Shown one piece after another: positions 51,955 through 54,119 of a stretch of 54,119 bases of DNA; position 1 is the stretch's first letter; every line of letters begins with the position of its first letter. The DNA comes from Myxococcota bacterium (GTDB lineage Bacteria; Myxococcota; JACRCW01), in assembly GCA_040752415.1 (NCBI GenBank), contig JBFMGU010000039.1, positions 1 through 54,119 of the forward strand, written 5' to 3'. A program made the position numbers and the translations under genes. The notes under the pieces are model-generated. The model was not told where the DNA came from, did no database searches, and was given only the letters and a program-made list of their open reading frames with translations.

Positions 51955-54119
51955 TCAGAGATGCAGCTCAAGGGTGGCCAACACGGTGCGCGGCGGCCCG
52001 GCGGAGAAGTGGCGCGCCGGGATGCGCGAGGGGACTTCCGAGGTGCCCCACCACGAGACGTACGCGTATTCGTTCTGCGCGTAGCGGAGGTCCGCCGCGT
52101 TCATCACATCCACGCCCAGCTGCAGGTGCTGCGTGCCAAACGCCACGCGCTGGTCCACCAGCATCACCGGGTCGGCGAATTGCCCGTGGGGCAGCGGCCG
52201 GGGTGACAGCACCGTCACGCTGGTTCCGGCCTGCAGGATCAGTGGAACACCGCGGATGAGCGGAATGCGGTGGTGCACCGACGTGTCGAGGCGCGCCACC
52301 AGCGGCGGGACGTAGGGGAGCAGCCGGCCGGGCACATAGGGCGGGTCGGGATTGTCGGCGGTGGCGGGGGGCGGCGCGTCCAGCGTGGCGTGCACGTAGG
52401 TCACCGACGCCGACGTCACGAGCCAAGGCGCGGGCCGCAGCAGCGCGTGGGCGGCCACACCGCGACGCGTGGTGGGACCAACCTTCTCCAGCGCGCCTTC
52501 CGTGGGATCAAAGGCCAGGTCCGACGACAAACTGGTGTAATACGCAGCGGCGGTCAGCGTGGCGCGCTCGGGTCCGCCCGGAGTGACCCGCACCGCCACC
52601 TCCGCGGAGCGGACCTTGGCAAATGGCGCGGACTCGCCCTCCTCCAGCTGGCGGGCCTGGGGCGAGCGGTAGCCTTCGCCGTACGACGCCAACAGGCTCA
52701 GCTCGCGGAAGGGCGTCAGCTCCGCGGTTCCGCGTGGCCCATACGCCAGCCCCAGCGCCGTGCGGCGGTAGCCCACCAGGTGCGTCTTGCGCTGGGAGCT
52801 GGGGATGAAGTTTCCCAGTCGGTCGTCGAGGTCGAAGTAGAGCGCGTCCACCCGCGGCCCACCGCGCAGCCGCAACCACGACGTCACCTGCCAGTCCGCG
52901 TCCGCGTACGCCCCCACGCTGGCCGCTCCCACGCGCGCGTCCACGCGCTGGTCCCACGTCTCGTTCTGCGGCGCCTGCAGCAGGTTGACGGTCTGGTCGA
53001 TGAGGTCGGTCCGCGCCGAGATGCCCAGCTCGAAGCGACCGTGAAGCCAATCCCGGACGTGCAGCCGCGGGGTGTGCTGCGCCGCACGGGCGCCGAGCGC
53101 GAAGTCCCTGTTGCTCTGCTCCACGAGGTCGCCACGGCCCACCCACTCCGGGCGCTGCCGGGAGCGCTCCAGGAAGCCGGTGAAGTTCTGGCGAAGCCGC
53201 AGCGTGGTGTACTGCGCCCACAACGAGAAGGTGGTGCGCCCGCCGGTGTCCCCCTTGCGCTCGGCGTCCAGCCCCGCTTGCAGATGGGTGGCCAGCGCGG
53301 ACTGCATGTTGGCCGACGGTGTGGCGTAGCTCTCATAGAAGCCAACCCGCCCTGCTTCCACGTCGTCGCGGCGCAGGATTCCGGCCAGGTTGGCGCGGCT
53401 ACCGTGAGCGGCCACATGGCCCACCACGCGAACACCGGGCGCCAGGTCCACGGCAAGCTGAGCCATCCCCGACGCGCTCTGCGCACCGCGATTGCGGCCG
53501 AACCCCTGCGTGCGTCGGAACTGCACCGCGCCAAAGGTGTCCTCGGGCAGGTCCGACGGCGCCCACACGCCGCTGAGACGGAAAGCACCAAAGGAGCCGC
53601 CCTCAAGGCGGAGGTGGTAGCCCCGCTCCGGCACGCCCAGCTCGTAGGTGGCGCTGCCAGCGACGGCGAAGTCGCCCTGGTGAGGATCGTAGACGCCCTC
53701 GGTGACACGAACGGCGCGGACGGCCTCCGGGATGATGAAGCCCAGGTCGGCGTATCCCTGCCCGTGGACGTGCGAAGGCTGGTTGAGCGGCACGCTGCCC
53801 AGCCGCAGCTCCATGTCCTGCCCGTGCTCAGCGTCGAAGCCGCGGAGTTGAATCTCCTGCGCAACCGCTTCACCCTCCGGACGGCTGACGTAGACGCCCG
53901 GCGCGGTGGCGAGCAGCGCACTGGCGTCCTGGCGCGGCGCCGCCGTCAGGACATCCCGCTCCAGAATGAAGTCGCTGCCCGCGCGTGCGGCCACCGGGCG
54001 TCGCGACCGGACTTCCGTGACGAACGACGGCGGCGACGGAGCAGGAGGCACTCCATGCGGCACTTCCGGTTCCACGTGGGGAGCGTCCGCGGCGTGGACG
54101 TCCACGTCGGCGTGCGGAG
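51955..54119 (-). CDS. TonB-dependent receptor (N-terminus beyond the window)
   Basis: Plug motifs LRGFDAEHGQD, SHVHGQGYADLGFIIPE, GDFAVAGS; beta-barrel C-terminus GPPRTVLATLELHL. Confidence 0.93.
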   Translation of the reverse strand, partial: PHADVDVHAADAPHVEPEVPHGVPPAPSPPSFVTEVRSRRPVAARAGSDFILERDVLTAAPRQDASALLATAPGVYVSRPEGEAVAQEIQLRGFDAEHGQDMELRLGSVPLNQPSHVHGQGYADLGFIIPEAVRAVRVTEGVYDPHQGDFAVAGSATYELGVPERGYHLRLEGGSFGAFRLSGVWAPSDLPEDTFGAVQFRRTQGFGRNRGAQSASGMAQLAVDLAPGVRVVGHVAAHGSRANLAGILRRDDVEAGRVGFYESYATPSANMQSALATHLQAGLDAERKGDTGGRTTFSLWAQYTTLRLRQNFTGFLERSRQRPEWVGRGDLVEQSNRDFALGARAAQHTPRLHVRDWLHGRFELGISARTDLIDQTVNLLQAPQNETWDQRVDARVGAASVGAYADADWQVTSWLRLRGGPRVDALYFDLDDRLGNFIPSSQRKTHLVGYRRTALGLAYGPRGTAELTPFRELSLLASYGEGYRSPQARQLEEGESAPFAKVRSAEVAVRVTPGGPERATLTAAAYYTSLSSDLAFDPTEGALEKVGPTTRRGVAAHALLRPAPWLVTSASVTYVHATLDAPPPATADNPDPPYVPGRLLPYVPPLVARLDTSVHHRIPLIRGVPLILQAGTSVTVLSPRPLPHGQFADPVMLVDQRVAFGTQHLQLGVDVMNAADLRYAQNEYAYVSWWGTSEVPSRIPARHFSAGPPRTVLATLELHL

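Overview
High-GC bacterial chromosome segment. The gene content (Cys-rich repeat lipoproteins, MshEN/T2SSE_N proteins, a group-2-like sigma factor, sigma54-type promoters) points to Myxococcota or a related deltaproteobacterial lineage; this is inference. In order, the window holds: the str operon (rpsL-rpsG-fusA-tuf, tuf partial); a lysine-degradation cluster (kamA, kamD, kamE, PilZ-like ORF, kal fused to a VOC-like domain, kce; no kdd); housekeeping genes (metallophosphoesterase, SpoIID, TM2, queA, sigma factors, truD, grxC, pepN, psd, add, ppx, rhomboid, rpsT, lpxC, glgC, thiolase); and a partly decayed Zur-type metal-uptake island at the right end. The most notable unexplained structure is a 643-bp cassette (30779-31421): a lone DUF559 endonuclease gene bracketed by 61-bp imperfect inverted repeats, each end carrying the same 13-bp-stem/30-nt-loop hairpin. 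It looks like a transposase-free, REP-like mobile unit. Other notable items are a 187-bp REPIN-like palindrome, a degenerate duplicate of the thiolase 3' end at an island junction, a candidate Zur box, and two pseudogenes. No rRNA, tRNA or CRISPR array was seen. All family calls come from motif recognition by eye; no database searches were run.
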